64,000 bases of DNA from an uncultured delta proteobacterium (GTDB lineage: Bacteria > Myxococcota > Myxococcia > Myxococcales > Myxococcaceae): positions 192,001-256,000 of the forward strand of contig CAVYSY010000026.1 of NCBI GenBank assembly GCA_963771175.1, written 5' to 3'. The notes beneath the pieces were generated by a model. That model was not told where the DNA came from and searched no databases. It saw nothing but the letters and a program-made list of their open reading frames with translations. Made by a program: the position numbers and the translations under genes. This document shows, one piece after another, positions 52,037-62,797 of the stretch; position 1 is the stretch's first letter; the number at the start of each line of letters is the position of its first letter.

Positions 52037-52702
52037 ATGGGTGCCCTCACCGCACTCGTGCTGGTGCTCGCCGCGGGCTCGCCCCAGCGCTCCTGTTTCG
52101 TCCCCTCGGACCAGACGGCGGGGTGGAAGCGCGTGGTGCTGCCGGAGGAGGCCCCGGCCCTCGCCGCCCCGGAGGACGTGGACCAGTTCCGCTCCGGCGA
52201 GCCCGCACTCTTCCTCCAGGAGGACGCCTCCGCGTACCTCGGCGCCGACAAGGAGCACCCGGGCCGCATGGCGTATGACTTCCGGGTGCCCTGGGACGCG
52301 CGCCGTCTGGAGCTCGGCTTCCTCGACGACCTGCGCGGCGCGAAGGTGGACGCCGTGGCCTACAGGGGTGGCCGCGCCTTCCCGCTGCTCGACGAGAAGC
52401 GGCTCGCGGGCAGGCAGCTCGCGCTGGAGTGGACGATGGAGGGTGTCGACCTGGTGAGGGTGTCCGTCCACCACCACTTGCGCGAGAAGCCGGTGGTGCG
52501 CACGTGGCGGGTGGTCCGCCTGCTGACGCCCTCGGAGGCTCCGACGATGCCCGAGTCCTTCCGCGCGCCGCGCTCGCTCTACTTCCACCACCCGGGTGGG
52601 CGGAGGCTCGAGCTGTGCGATGCGCCGGGACGCGCGCTGCGACTCGCCCGCTGGCCAGAGGCCAACAGCGCCATGCAGGTGACTCTCACGCCTCGGCACT
52701 GA
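52037..52702 (+). CDS. Exported hypothetical protein
   Basis: Starts 1 bp after the previous stop; hydrophobic leader. Confidence 0.55.
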   Translation: MGALTALVLVLAAGSPQRSCFVPSDQTAGWKRVVLPEEAPALAAPEDVDQFRSGEPALFLQEDASAYLGADKEHPGRMAYDFRVPWDARRLELGFLDDLRGAKVDAVAYRGGRAFPLLDEKRLAGRQLALEWTMEGVDLVRVSVHHHLREKPVVRTWRVVRLLTPSEAPTMPESFRAPRSLYFHHPGGRRLELCDAPGRALRLARWPEANSAMQVTLTPRH

Positions 52703-52840
52703 GGTCCTCGACTGCTCGTCTTCGTGCTCATTGGGCGTTGTTGCTGAGTCATTTCGGACGCATGGAACCGGGTAGCTCAGGCGAAAATGAGCCCCAGGGG
52801 GAAGGCAGCGGTACTATGAGCATGGTTGGAGTCCTGTCCC

Positions 52841-55453
52841 ATGCCAACGCATGAACCCCCTGGCGCAGCACCCTCTCCAGCCTCGACTTCCGTAACCGGA
52901 GGCATGCCGCCACGTGCGCAGCCTCCGGAATCCAAGGCCTGGGTCTGGAGACTCCACCGCTTCGTGGGCTCTCCGCTCGGGCGCTACGGCTTTGCCCTCC
53001 TGAGCACCGCACTGGCGCTGCTCATCCAGAAAGCCCTCGGACATTTCGTCTACCCCACGCCGTTCCTGATGTTCTTCGGCGCGGTGATGCTGTCGAGCTG
53101 GTGGGGAGGATGGGGACCTGGCCTGGTGTCCATCGCGCTGTCCCTGCTGGCTGTCGACTACTACTTCATCCCGCCCTTCAACTCGTTCAAGCTCCAGGCG
53201 GGCAGCGCCCTGTTGCTCGGCCTCTTCAGCGCAATCAGCGGCGTCATGATCCGGTTGAACGCGGCGCGGAGGCGGACGAGCGCCGAGCGGGCCGAGATGC
53301 TGGAGCGCGAGCGCCAGGCCCGGCGCGAGACGGAGACCGAGCGGGCCCGCCTGTACAATCTGCTCATGCAGGCCCCTTCCTTCGTGGCGCTGTTCCGAGG
53401 GCCGAAGCACGTCTACATCCTGTCCAACCCCCCGAACGACGAGCTGCTGGGCCACAAGCAGGTGCTGGGCAAAGCGGCCCTCGAGGCCGTGCCCGAGGCG
53501 AGGGAGCAAGGGCTCATTGCTCTCCTCGATCGCGTGTACGAGACCGGCAAGTCCTTCTCGGCCAAGGAGGTGCACCAGATGTTCCTCCGGCCCGACGGCT
53601 CGCAGCGGGAGTATTTCATCAACCTCGTCTATCAGCCCACCCGGGATGCCCAGGGCCAGATCGACGGTGTGGCCGCCTTTGGTTTCGACGTCACGGACTT
53701 CGTCCATGCGCGCCAGAAGGAGGAGGCGCTGACCGCCGAGCTCAAGCGCACCGAGGAGCGCTACCGGACCTTCGTCAACCAGAGCACCGAGGGAATCTTC
53801 CGCGTCGACCCCAGCCGCCCCATCCCCGTCACCCTACCCGTGGAGGAGCAGGTCCAGCGCATATTCCGCGACGCCTACATCGTGGAGTGCAACGACGCCA
53901 TGGCCCGGATGTACGGCTTCGACAGCGCGGCGGCGTTCCTGGGCGCCCGGATGGACCAGTTCATCGCGCAGGAAGACATCCACAACCTCGAGACCATGCG
54001 GGCCTTCATCCAGAACGGCTATCGGAGCGTGAACATGGAGTCCCATGAGAAGGCCCGTGGTGGCACTCCCAGGATCTTCCTCAACAACCTGGTGGGGATC
54101 ATCGAGCACGGTCACTTCCTCGGGATCTGGGGCACCCAGCGGGACGTAACGGAGCAGCGCCACGCCGAGGAGGAGCTCAAGCGCGCGGAGTCGAACGCGC
54201 GGTTCCTCTCCGAGGCGAGCGCCGTGTTGGCCTCTTCCCTGGACTACGAATCCACCTTGCGAAACGTGGCCCGGCTCGCCGTCCCCACGCTCGCGGACTG
54301 GTGCCTGGTGGACCTGGCCCAGCCGGACGGGACACTCAAGCGGGTGGAGACCGTGAGTTCCTCGCCCGAGGATGCAGGGATCGCGCTGCAATCCCAGCAC
54401 ATGGGGGGCATCCCGGAGAATCACCCCGGGTCCCCGGTGGTGCAGGCGCTCCTTCGTGGGCAGCCGGTCCTCATCGAGCGAGTCACTCCCGAGCACATCC
54501 AGGAGCTCGCGCGGGGCGAGGAGCATGCGCGGCTGTTGTCCACCCTCCAGCCGGTCTCGTTCATCTCGGTGCCGTTGATGGTACGAGGCCGCGCACTCGG
54601 GGTGCTCAGCTTCTTCACCTCGCGCTCCGGCCGGCGCTACACGGAGACCGCGGTGACGCTGCTGGAGGAGCTCGCGCGGCGCGCGGCCCTCTCGGTCGAG
54701 AACGCGCGGCTCTACCGGGAGGCCCAGGAAGCCATCCACCTGCGCGACGAGTTCCTCTCCATCGCCAGCCACGAGCTGAAGACGCCTCTCACCCCGCTGA
54801 GCCTGAGACTGCAGATGCTCGCGCGAGAGGCGCGGCAGCAGCCCGAGTCCCCCTTCCGGAACGCCGTGGAGGACTACATCGCCGTCGGCTCCCGGCAGGT
54901 GAAGAGGCTGTCCGAGCTCGTGAGCGACCTGCTCGACGTGGCCCGGATCGTCGGCGGGCGGCTCCGCCTGGAGTTCGAGGAGGTGGATCTGTCCACGCTC
55001 GCGCGGGAAGTCATCGCACGCTACGAGCCCGAGGCGGCGCGGGCCGGCTCGACGCTCGTGCTGGCGGCCCAGGAGTCCGTGGTCGGGCACTGGGACCGGC
55101 TCCGCCTGGAGCAGGTCCTCACCAACCTGGTCGACAACGCCATCAAGTACGGAGCGGGAAGGCCCATCCACGTCCAGCTCGAGGCGGACGCCAGCCGAGC
55201 TCTCCTGCGCGTGAGGGATGAGGGCATCGGCATCGCGCCAAAACACCTGTCGCGCATCTTCGAGCGCTTCGAGCGCGCCGTGTCCGATCGTCACTATGGA
55301 GGCCTGGGCCTCGGCCTCTACATTTCCCGCACCATCGTGGAGGCGATGGGTGGGAGCATCCAGGCCGAGAGTCAGCCCGGCCAGGGTGCCACGTTCACGG
55401 TGGTGCTCCCCCGGGCGCCGCGTGAGGCTCCTGCTGTGGGCCCCTCGGCCTGA
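52841..55453 (+). CDS. Sensor histidine kinase (DUF4118-PAS-PAS-GAF-HisKA-HATPase)
   Basis: SHELKTP, NLVDNAIKY, DEGIGI and GLGLGL. Confidence 0.9.
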   Translation: MPTHEPPGAAPSPASTSVTGGMPPRAQPPESKAWVWRLHRFVGSPLGRYGFALLSTALALLIQKALGHFVYPTPFLMFFGAVMLSSWWGGWGPGLVSIALSLLAVDYYFIPPFNSFKLQAGSALLLGLFSAISGVMIRLNAARRRTSAERAEMLERERQARRETETERARLYNLLMQAPSFVALFRGPKHVYILSNPPNDELLGHKQVLGKAALEAVPEAREQGLIALLDRVYETGKSFSAKEVHQMFLRPDGSQREYFINLVYQPTRDAQGQIDGVAAFGFDVTDFVHARQKEEALTAELKRTEERYRTFVNQSTEGIFRVDPSRPIPVTLPVEEQVQRIFRDAYIVECNDAMARMYGFDSAAAFLGARMDQFIAQEDIHNLETMRAFIQNGYRSVNMESHEKARGGTPRIFLNNLVGIIEHGHFLGIWGTQRDVTEQRHAEEELKRAESNARFLSEASAVLASSLDYESTLRNVARLAVPTLADWCLVDLAQPDGTLKRVETVSSSPEDAGIALQSQHMGGIPENHPGSPVVQALLRGQPVLIERVTPEHIQELARGEEHARLLSTLQPVSFISVPLMVRGRALGVLSFFTSRSGRRYTETAVTLLEELARRAALSVENARLYREAQEAIHLRDEFLSIASHELKTPLTPLSLRLQMLAREARQQPESPFRNAVEDYIAVGSRQVKRLSELVSDLLDVARIVGGRLRLEFEEVDLSTLAREVIARYEPEAARAGSTLVLAAQESVVGHWDRLRLEQVLTNLVDNAIKYGAGRPIHVQLEADASRALLRVRDEGIGIAPKHLSRIFERFERAVSDRHYGGLGLGLYISRTIVEAMGGSIQAESQPGQGATFTVVLPRAPREAPAVGPSA

Positions 55454-55599
55454 TGGCGGCGAGGGCTCGGAGGAGGCCTCAATTCCTCCCACGCTCTCAG
55501 CGCCCCATCTGTCCGCTATATGACACTCCAGGATTTTCCGCTCAAGCTTGATTTTCTCGACCTCGACAACCTTCTCCCGAGGGTGAGCTGGCCCAGCGC

Positions 55600-55673
55600 A
55601 ATGAAACCATTTACATCCGAATGTGTATGGTCCAGCGCATGAGCCGCGAATGAAACCATTTACTTCCGAATGT
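55600..55673 (+). repeat. 25-bp direct repeat (period 49) upstream of the peptidase
   Basis: AATGAAACCATTTACATCCGAATGT / AATGAAACCATTTACTTCCGAATGT. Confidence 0.85.
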
Positions 55674-55699
55674 ATAATGGCGCGGCGTAGAAGCCGCCC

Positions 55700-58600
55700 A
55701 TGAAAAAATCATGGCTGTCCATTGCCCCCGTTCCCCTTCTGCTGCTCACCTCCTGCTCGCCGAGCGCGCCCGACACCGAGCTTTCACAGACGGCTGAGAG
55801 CCGTCTCGACTCCCAGCTCGTGCGGTCATCGCTCCAGCGGCTGAAAGACATGCGCACGGAGTTGGGCCTCACCGCGGAGCACTCGTTCCAGCCCCGTGCC
55901 CAGCACCAGGACTCGCTCGGGCAGTCTCACGTCCGCTTCAATCAGTACTACCGCGGCGTGCGAGTCTGGGGCAGCGAGGTCATCACCCACACCGGCACCA
56001 ACGGAGAGTCATTGGCTCCGACCACCGCGCTGAGGCAGGGGATCCGGGTCGACGTGGTGCCCTCGCTCTCGGCCACCGAGACGGCGAACCTCGTCAAGGC
56101 GATGCTCGCACCGGCCCAGGGATTCGCGAGCGAGCCCCTCGTCGACATCGAACTCGTCGTCTACCCCAAGACGGTGAGCCACGTGCTCCCCAACCGCGCC
56201 CACCTTGCCCAGGCGAAGCTGAACGCACTCGACTTCGTCACTGAGGTTGAGAGCTACCATCTCGCCTACCACGTCCACACCGAGCTCGAGAACCCCGGTG
56301 ACACGCGGCACACGGACCTGATCATCGACGCTCACACGGGCAGCGTCCTCGAGCAATGGAACAGCCTTCAGACTGGGGCTGCCGTCGGCACGGGCAACAG
56401 CTACTACAGCGGCACGGTGCAAATCACCACCGACAGCATCGCGGGCGGCTACCAGATTCGGGACCTGACCCGGCCCGCGAGCGGCGCCAACGTTATCTAC
56501 GACCTCAACCACCAGACCTCTGGGTTCGGGTCCCTGTATCAAGACGTCGACAACGTCTGGGGCGACGGCGCCAACTACAAGGAAGACCCCGAGCCGACGA
56601 CCTCTCCCAACGGGCAGACCGCGGCGGTGGACGCGGCCTATGGGCTTCAGTCGACCTGGGACATGTACAAGAACGTCTTCGGGCGCTACGGCATCGACGG
56701 GCTCGGCACCGCCACCTACGCGCGCGTCCACTACGACTACGCTTTCGACAACGCCTTCTTCTCCGACAACTGCAAGTGCATCACCTATGGAGATGGGACC
56801 AAACTCCAGACGTTGACGTCTCTCGACGTGGCGGCGCACGAGTTCTCCCACGGGGTCACGAGCGCAACCGCTCGCCTCATCTACTCCAAGGAATCCGGTG
56901 GCCTGAACGAGTCCAACTCCGACATCTTCGGAGCGCTCACCGAGTTCTACATGCGGGGCGCCAACGGCCAGGGCAGCGTCATCCCGGACACCGGCGGAAC
57001 GTGGACGCAAGGTGAGCAGATCACGACTGCCGCTTACCCCCTGAAGATGCGCTTCCTCTACAAGCCCAGCAAGGACGGCAAGAGCGCCGACGCCTGGAGT
57101 CCGACCCTGAAGGATCTGGACGTCCACTACAGCTCGGGGCCGATGAACCGCGCCTTCTACTTCCTGAGCCAGGGCGCGACCACCACGGGGGACACCTCCA
57201 CGACCTACCTGCCGGAGGGAATGACTGGCATCGGAAACCAGAAGGCCGCCCAGATCTGGTATCGAGCCCTGACCACCTACATGACGCCGTCCACGGACTA
57301 CGCCGCCGTCCGGATTGCGTGCATCCAGGCCGTGCGCGACCTCTTCCCCGTGTCGGGACCCGAGGAGATCGCCGTGTGGAACGCCTTTGCCGGAATCAAC
57401 GTCGGCGGCCCGTGGGCCGGGCCCGACGCGGCGCCCACGGCCACCGTGAGCCAGACGGGCGAGAGCGGGACACTCACCTTCAGCGCCACGGCGAGCGACG
57501 ACAAGGGCGTGGCCAGGGTCGACTTCTTGCTCGACGGCTTGCTGGTCGGGTCGACCACCGCGGCTCCCTACTCCATGGCCTACGACTCCACCCTCCAGGA
57601 CGACGGCATCCACACGCTGGTAGCGCGCGCCACCGACACCGTGGGCCTGTTCACGGACGCGACGATGACCTTCACGATCGCCAACGGGCAGCTGCTCAAG
57701 AACGGCAGCTTCGAGAAGGGATACGGCGTGGGTTGGTCGAACACCAATGGCATGCAGATCGGCGCCATCCTCAACACGCCCTGCTACAACGGGCTCAAGT
57801 GCGCGAAGTTCAATGGCTTGGGCGAGGCGAAGAGCGTCTCCCTCTTCCAGACCGTGAGCGTCCCGGCGACGGCGACGTCCGTGACCCTGAGCTTCGCGCT
57901 GCAGGTGCAAACGCAGGAAACGTCGAGCTTCGCCCGGGACACCTTCGTCGTAGAGATCCGCGACACCGCCGGAGCGCTCCTGGGAACCGTGGCGAGCTAC
58001 AGCAACCTGAACGCGGGGGCGGGCTACACCGTCTATAATTTCGACCTCTCCGCCTACAAGGGACAGACGGTCCAGCTCTACTTCACCGGGACCGAGGACG
58101 CCGCGATCTCCACGGGGTTCCTCCTCGACCGGGTGAGGTTCTACGCGACCGGAACGGGCCCCGCGGACACCACGGCGCCGACGGTCAGCGTGACGGAGAG
58201 CGGCACCAGCGGCACCATCACGTTCTCCGCGACGGCCTCCGACGACGTGGGGGTGTCCAGGGTCGAGTTCCTCGTTGACGGAGTGCTCGCTGGGTCGGAT
58301 ACGACCGCGCCTTACTCCGTGACCATGGACTCGCTGACCCTGACCAACGGCAGCCACACGCTCGTCGGCAAGGCCTACGACGCCGCGGGCAACGTCGGCA
58401 CCTCGACCTCCGTGCCCTTCTCGGTGAGCAACACGGGGGGCGGGGACACAGAGGCCCCGGTCGTCTCCGCGAGCGAGACCGGCACGAGCGGCGTCATCAC
58501 GTTCAGCGCCACCGCCACCGACAACGTCGGCATCACCCGCGTGGAGTTCCAGGTGGACGGCGTGCTCAAGGGGAGCGACACGACGTCGCCCTACTCGATG

Positions 58601-59077
58601 ACCCTCGACTCCACCACGCTGACGAACGGCAGCCACACCCTGGTGGCCCTGGCCTACGACGCCGCCGGCAACGTCGGCACCTCGACCTCCGTTGCCTTCT
58701 CGGTGAGCAATACCGTCTCCACGACATTCAACGAGGTAGAGAGCAACGGCACCACGTCCACGGCCAATGCCGTCGCGGACGCCGTCACGAAGATCGTGGG
58801 CTTCATCGGCACGTCCACGGATCAGGACTACTTCCGAATCACCGTCCCCGCGGGACGCACCCTGACGATCAACATGACCGGCCCGGCGAGGGATTACGAT
58901 CTCTACCTGCTGAACACCAGCGGCGGCACGCTGCGAAGCAGCGCCAACTCGGGATCCACCGAGTCGGTGACCTACACGAACTCGCTCACGACGACGGCCA
59001 CCTATTACATCAAGGTGGTCGGGTTCGGAGGAGCGTTTGACACCGTCAATGTCTACAACCTGAACCTCACCCGCTGA
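55700..59077 (+). CDS. M4 (thermolysin-family) metallopeptidase with Ig-like and PPC-like domains
   Basis: NAF, AHEFSH, GGLNESNSD, DVHYSSG; three Ig-like repeats; LTSC lipobox-like leader. Confidence 0.9.
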   Translation: MKKSWLSIAPVPLLLLTSCSPSAPDTELSQTAESRLDSQLVRSSLQRLKDMRTELGLTAEHSFQPRAQHQDSLGQSHVRFNQYYRGVRVWGSEVITHTGTNGESLAPTTALRQGIRVDVVPSLSATETANLVKAMLAPAQGFASEPLVDIELVVYPKTVSHVLPNRAHLAQAKLNALDFVTEVESYHLAYHVHTELENPGDTRHTDLIIDAHTGSVLEQWNSLQTGAAVGTGNSYYSGTVQITTDSIAGGYQIRDLTRPASGANVIYDLNHQTSGFGSLYQDVDNVWGDGANYKEDPEPTTSPNGQTAAVDAAYGLQSTWDMYKNVFGRYGIDGLGTATYARVHYDYAFDNAFFSDNCKCITYGDGTKLQTLTSLDVAAHEFSHGVTSATARLIYSKESGGLNESNSDIFGALTEFYMRGANGQGSVIPDTGGTWTQGEQITTAAYPLKMRFLYKPSKDGKSADAWSPTLKDLDVHYSSGPMNRAFYFLSQGATTTGDTSTTYLPEGMTGIGNQKAAQIWYRALTTYMTPSTDYAAVRIACIQAVRDLFPVSGPEEIAVWNAFAGINVGGPWAGPDAAPTATVSQTGESGTLTFSATASDDKGVARVDFLLDGLLVGSTTAAPYSMAYDSTLQDDGIHTLVARATDTVGLFTDATMTFTIANGQLLKNGSFEKGYGVGWSNTNGMQIGAILNTPCYNGLKCAKFNGLGEAKSVSLFQTVSVPATATSVTLSFALQVQTQETSSFARDTFVVEIRDTAGALLGTVASYSNLNAGAGYTVYNFDLSAYKGQTVQLYFTGTEDAAISTGFLLDRVRFYATGTGPADTTAPTVSVTESGTSGTITFSATASDDVGVSRVEFLVDGVLAGSDTTAPYSVTMDSLTLTNGSHTLVGKAYDAAGNVGTSTSVPFSVSNTGGGDTEAPVVSASETGTSGVITFSATATDNVGITRVEFQVDGVLKGSDTTSPYSMTLDSTTLTNGSHTLVALAYDAAGNVGTSTSVAFSVSNTVSTTFNEVESNGTTSTANAVADAVTKIVGFIGTSTDQDYFRITVPAGRTLTINMTGPARDYDLYLLNTSGGTLRSSANSGSTESVTYTNSLTTTATYYIKVVGFGGAFDTVNVYNLNLTR

Positions 59078-59089
59078 TTGGAGTTCGCA

Positions 59090-59122
59090 GCCCTCTCCCC
59101 CAGCGAAGTCGGGGGAGAGGCC
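59090..59122 (+). terminator. Hairpin after the peptidase
   Basis: CCTCTCCCCC...GGGGGAGAGG. Confidence 0.55.
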
Positions 59123-59342
59123 TCATCCCTCCGCGGCAAAACAAACGTTTTGTTTGAAATGTTCTGGGCGATAAGCCATGTGACAAAGAATTTTGAATTT
59201 GCTTGACGCCCTGTGTTGTCCGCGCCTATTGCCCTCGCCCTCAAATGCCTGATTGTCATGAAAAATAGGCATTGCAAGGTTTTTCCCAGAGCCTCGCGAC
59301 GACGAGGCTTTCGCGCCCGGAGGGCGCATGGAGAGGAGCAAC

Positions 59343-61418
59343 ATGGTTCGGAGAGGTAATGCAGTGCGGCTCGCGGCGCTGGTGCTGACGGTGCTCGGAG
59401 CTGGGCGCGCCAACGCCTATTACGCCCAGTCCTCGGTTGCGTATGACGCGGCCTCGGCGCCCACCCTGCTCTCGACGGTGTCTGGCTGTGACGACTGCTC
59501 GCAGGTGGTGAGCCTGCCGTTTACGTTCCCGTTCTACGGGAAGACGTTCACCCAGGTGACGGTGTCCAGCAACGGCTACCTGGTGATGGGCAACACGACG
59601 GCCGCTGCCTACGCCAACACGCAGCTGGCGTGGGAGGGCACGAGCTCGGCCCCGGCGGGACTTCTCTCTCCCATGTGGGACGACTGGAGCCCGGAGGCGG
59701 GCGGAGACGTGTACGCGGGCGCGGTGGGCTCGGCCTACGTGGTGGAGTGGCGCAACCTCCGCCGCTATGGCCAGTCCAGCGGCAGCGGCTACACCTTCAA
59801 GGTCAAGCTCTTCAGCGACGGCACCTTCGAGTTCCACTATGGCAACACCATCGGCGGAGTCTCGACTGCCGACAACGGAGCCCTGGCCACCTCCGGCTAT
59901 CAGGAGGGAGTGGACACCATCGGCCACCCGCTGAGCTACAAGCAGGCGGTGCTCACCAGCTCCACGGCGAAGCGCTTCACCCGCCCGGGTGCGACGGCCC
60001 TCTACGTCAACGTGAAGGACGGCCTCTACAACCAGCCCCGCGTGGGCCTGAGCTACACGGTGCCCTACCAGTGCACCTCGGGGAGCACCCCCGTCTCCGG
60101 CGCGCTCTCGATGGTGAGCACCAGCTCGGCCGCCAATGCGGGGTGGAACCTGGTGGCGGCCTCTCCCGCGTGCACCGGCCTCACGGTCGGCACCACCACC
60201 TTCAACGGAGACACGAACGGCTACAGCGTGTCCTCCTACCCGCTCATGGGCGCTGCCGTGGATCGCGCCAGTGGCACCTACCGCTTCATCCGGCGCGCGG
60301 ACCTCACCCCGAGGCAGACCTCGCAGAGCGCCTTCACCGTTACCTATGGCGGCACCACCAGCCACCGCGCGGTGCTGGACTACTGGGTGAGCGGCGCCTT
60401 CGACAAGCCGCTGGTCATCATCACCGGCTTCGACCCGCTCAATGAGGACAGCACCGCCAGCTACCTCATGCTCATGGGAGAGATGGTGCGCACCCTGCAG
60501 AGCGAGGGCTACGACATCGCCATCGGCAAGCATGGGGATGGCAACCAGCGGCTCGGGTGGTTCCGCGGCGAAGTGGCGGCGTGGATCGATGATGCGGCCA
60601 ACAGGCTGCCGGCGGGCGGCAAGGTGCAGGTGGCTGGCATCAGCCAGGGCGGTATCGTGCTGCGTGACACCCTGTCCAACAACACCAATGGCGTGCTCAG
60701 CCGGGTGAAGGCCTGGTACTCCATTGACGCCCCGCAGCTCGGCGCCAACCTGGGCAGTGCGACCCGAGGCATCCAGAACCTGGTGCTCTGCAACAAGCCG
60801 GAGTGGGACCCGGCTCGCAAGAAGCTCACCTCGGCCTCGGCGCAAGACCTCGTCTACACCATGGCCACCACCTGCACGTGCGAGACCGAACCGGAGAACT
60901 CCACCTGCGGCAGCTCGTCCGCCAGCCACGACGCGTACTACGGAGCCATTGGCTGGCCCACCTCCGCCGTGCCGCGCTACGCCCTGGCCTTCAGCGATGC
61001 CAACCCCACCGGTGGGTACTCGACGAACGGCAGCAGCACCAGCCTGTATGACTTCTACTATACGGGATGGTTCTGCTCGGAGGACCAGGACTGGAAGCCG
61101 GGTCAGCGCGACTGCGTGGCGGGCTCGCGCAGCATCTCCGCCGCGGATGTAAACACGGACGCGGACGCGTCGCTGTGCGGCACCTTCCAGCTGCGCCTCA
61201 ACTTCGAGCCGGCCTTCATCAACGCCGACTCGGCGCTGGCCGTCACCGGCAACACCCTCTCCACCGAGACGACGAGCGCGAGCTGCGCGGTGAACTACAG
61301 CTCGCTCTCCCCCACGCAGTGGAAGGGCTGGGCCAGCAATACCTACAACGAGAAGCACCAGGTGCTCACCTCCACGCTCGCCAACCAGCTGATGACCTGG
61401 GTGCGTGCGGAGCAGTAG
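59343..61418 (+). CDS. Secreted protein: nidogen-like N-terminal domain + lipase-like alpha/beta hydrolase
   Basis: LPFTFPFYG...VSSNGY; DKPLVIITGFDP; GISQGG; DAPQLGAN; C-terminal NEKH. Confidence 0.7.
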   Translation: MVRRGNAVRLAALVLTVLGAGRANAYYAQSSVAYDAASAPTLLSTVSGCDDCSQVVSLPFTFPFYGKTFTQVTVSSNGYLVMGNTTAAAYANTQLAWEGTSSAPAGLLSPMWDDWSPEAGGDVYAGAVGSAYVVEWRNLRRYGQSSGSGYTFKVKLFSDGTFEFHYGNTIGGVSTADNGALATSGYQEGVDTIGHPLSYKQAVLTSSTAKRFTRPGATALYVNVKDGLYNQPRVGLSYTVPYQCTSGSTPVSGALSMVSTSSAANAGWNLVAASPACTGLTVGTTTFNGDTNGYSVSSYPLMGAAVDRASGTYRFIRRADLTPRQTSQSAFTVTYGGTTSHRAVLDYWVSGAFDKPLVIITGFDPLNEDSTASYLMLMGEMVRTLQSEGYDIAIGKHGDGNQRLGWFRGEVAAWIDDAANRLPAGGKVQVAGISQGGIVLRDTLSNNTNGVLSRVKAWYSIDAPQLGANLGSATRGIQNLVLCNKPEWDPARKKLTSASAQDLVYTMATTCTCETEPENSTCGSSSASHDAYYGAIGWPTSAVPRYALAFSDANPTGGYSTNGSSTSLYDFYYTGWFCSEDQDWKPGQRDCVAGSRSISAADVNTDADASLCGTFQLRLNFEPAFINADSALAVTGNTLSTETTSASCAVNYSSLSPTQWKGWASNTYNEKHQVLTSTLANQLMTWVRAEQ

Positions 61419-61475
61419 GTTGCCAGGAGCCGCGCCCGGGAGCCTTGGGCCCCGGGCGCTCACACAGGAGTGTCA

Positions 61476-62666
61476 ATGAAACCAGCAGCCAGACAACATC
61501 CCAGGTGGGGCCGGTGGTTGGCCGGCCTGGTGCTCGTTGCGGCGCTGGGGGCCGGTACATTCCTGTCACGCGGCGAGGCGCCAGCGCAGCCAGGGCCAGC
61601 TCCCACGGCTCTCTCCCAGGCCGCGCCCGCGCCTCGCCCCGAGCCCGAAACGGGCCTGAAGGTGAGCCGCCTCACCGCCTCGCCATTGGATGTACCGCTG
61701 GGGGGGCGATCGCAGTTGGAGTGTGAGGTGACAGGCGCGCGGGGAGACCCGGCCGCGCTGCGCTACACCTGGGTGGCCACCAAGGGGCGAATCGAAGGCC
61801 AGGGCGGGCCGAGGGTCTCGTGGGTGGCGCCGAAGACGCCGGGGGTGTACCAGGTTGGCGTGCTGGTGGAGGACGGTGAGGCACGAGCGCGGCAGACGGT
61901 GACGCTGCAGGTACACGTCCCCCGCCCCGAGGACGTGCGGGCGCTGCTGCAGGACAAGGACTGGCAGGAGGCACAGCGGCAGGCGCGGGCACGGCAGCAG
62001 GAGGTGGAGGCCCAGCTCACCGCCCTGCGCGAGGTGGTGGCGAAGCGGCAGACGCATGAAGATCGGTTGCGGGGCTTCCTCGCGTTGGAGGACCTGGCGG
62101 CGCTGCTGCTGAGCGAGGGGCGCCACGAGGAGGCGCTGGCGGCGTACGAGGAGCTGCTGGGGAGCGTGCTGGAGACGGAGCCGAAGCGGCGGAAGTACCT
62201 CTCGGGCAAGGCGAGCGCGCTGTTCGCACTCGGGAGGGAGGAAGAGGCGCTGGCGGCCTTCCAGGCGGCGGGGGACTACAACCAGCCGATGTCTTTCTAT
62301 TACGCGGGGCTGTTGCTGGAGGCGCGAGGACGCTCGACCGAGGCGATGGAGCTGTATCGCAAGGCCTCGGAGGCCAACCCCTGGTTCAGTGATCCGCTGC
62401 TGCGCCATGCCGAGCTGCTGTTGCGGCAGGGGCGGTCAGAGGCGGAGGTGGTGGAGCTGTTGGTGGCGGCCTCTCCAAGGTACGGGCGGCAGGCTCTGCT
62501 GGAGCGGCTGGGCACGGATCCGCAGCTCGCGCAACTCAACGAGGCGCTGGAGGCGAGCGGCCGTGCGGGGCAGTTGGAGGAGCAACGTCCCATCGAGCGC
62601 AACCTCCCGGAGCCGCCGCAAGCACCCAAGCCCGGCGAGGACTCCGTGGTGGAGCGGGTGAAGTAA
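61476..62666 (+). CDS. Membrane-anchored Ig/PKD-like + TPR protein
   Basis: N-terminal TM helix, Pro/Ala linker, LRYTW...WVAP..PGVY, TPR repeats. Confidence 0.7.
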   Translation: MKPAARQHPRWGRWLAGLVLVAALGAGTFLSRGEAPAQPGPAPTALSQAAPAPRPEPETGLKVSRLTASPLDVPLGGRSQLECEVTGARGDPAALRYTWVATKGRIEGQGGPRVSWVAPKTPGVYQVGVLVEDGEARARQTVTLQVHVPRPEDVRALLQDKDWQEAQRQARARQQEVEAQLTALREVVAKRQTHEDRLRGFLALEDLAALLLSEGRHEEALAAYEELLGSVLETEPKRRKYLSGKASALFALGREEEALAAFQAAGDYNQPMSFYYAGLLLEARGRSTEAMELYRKASEANPWFSDPLLRHAELLLRQGRSEAEVVELLVAASPRYGRQALLERLGTDPQLAQLNEALEASGRAGQLEEQRPIERNLPEPPQAPKPGEDSVVERVK

Positions 62667-62797
62667 GGGAACTCCCATCCCTGGGTGCGGCCGGCACCTC
62701 TTGGTAACCGCGACAGCTCTCCCGCGTAACAGGGTGCACGAACCAGCGGGAGTGCCTCCATTTCGAGGGCACTCGTTCTCGACTGGTGGGAGAAGAC

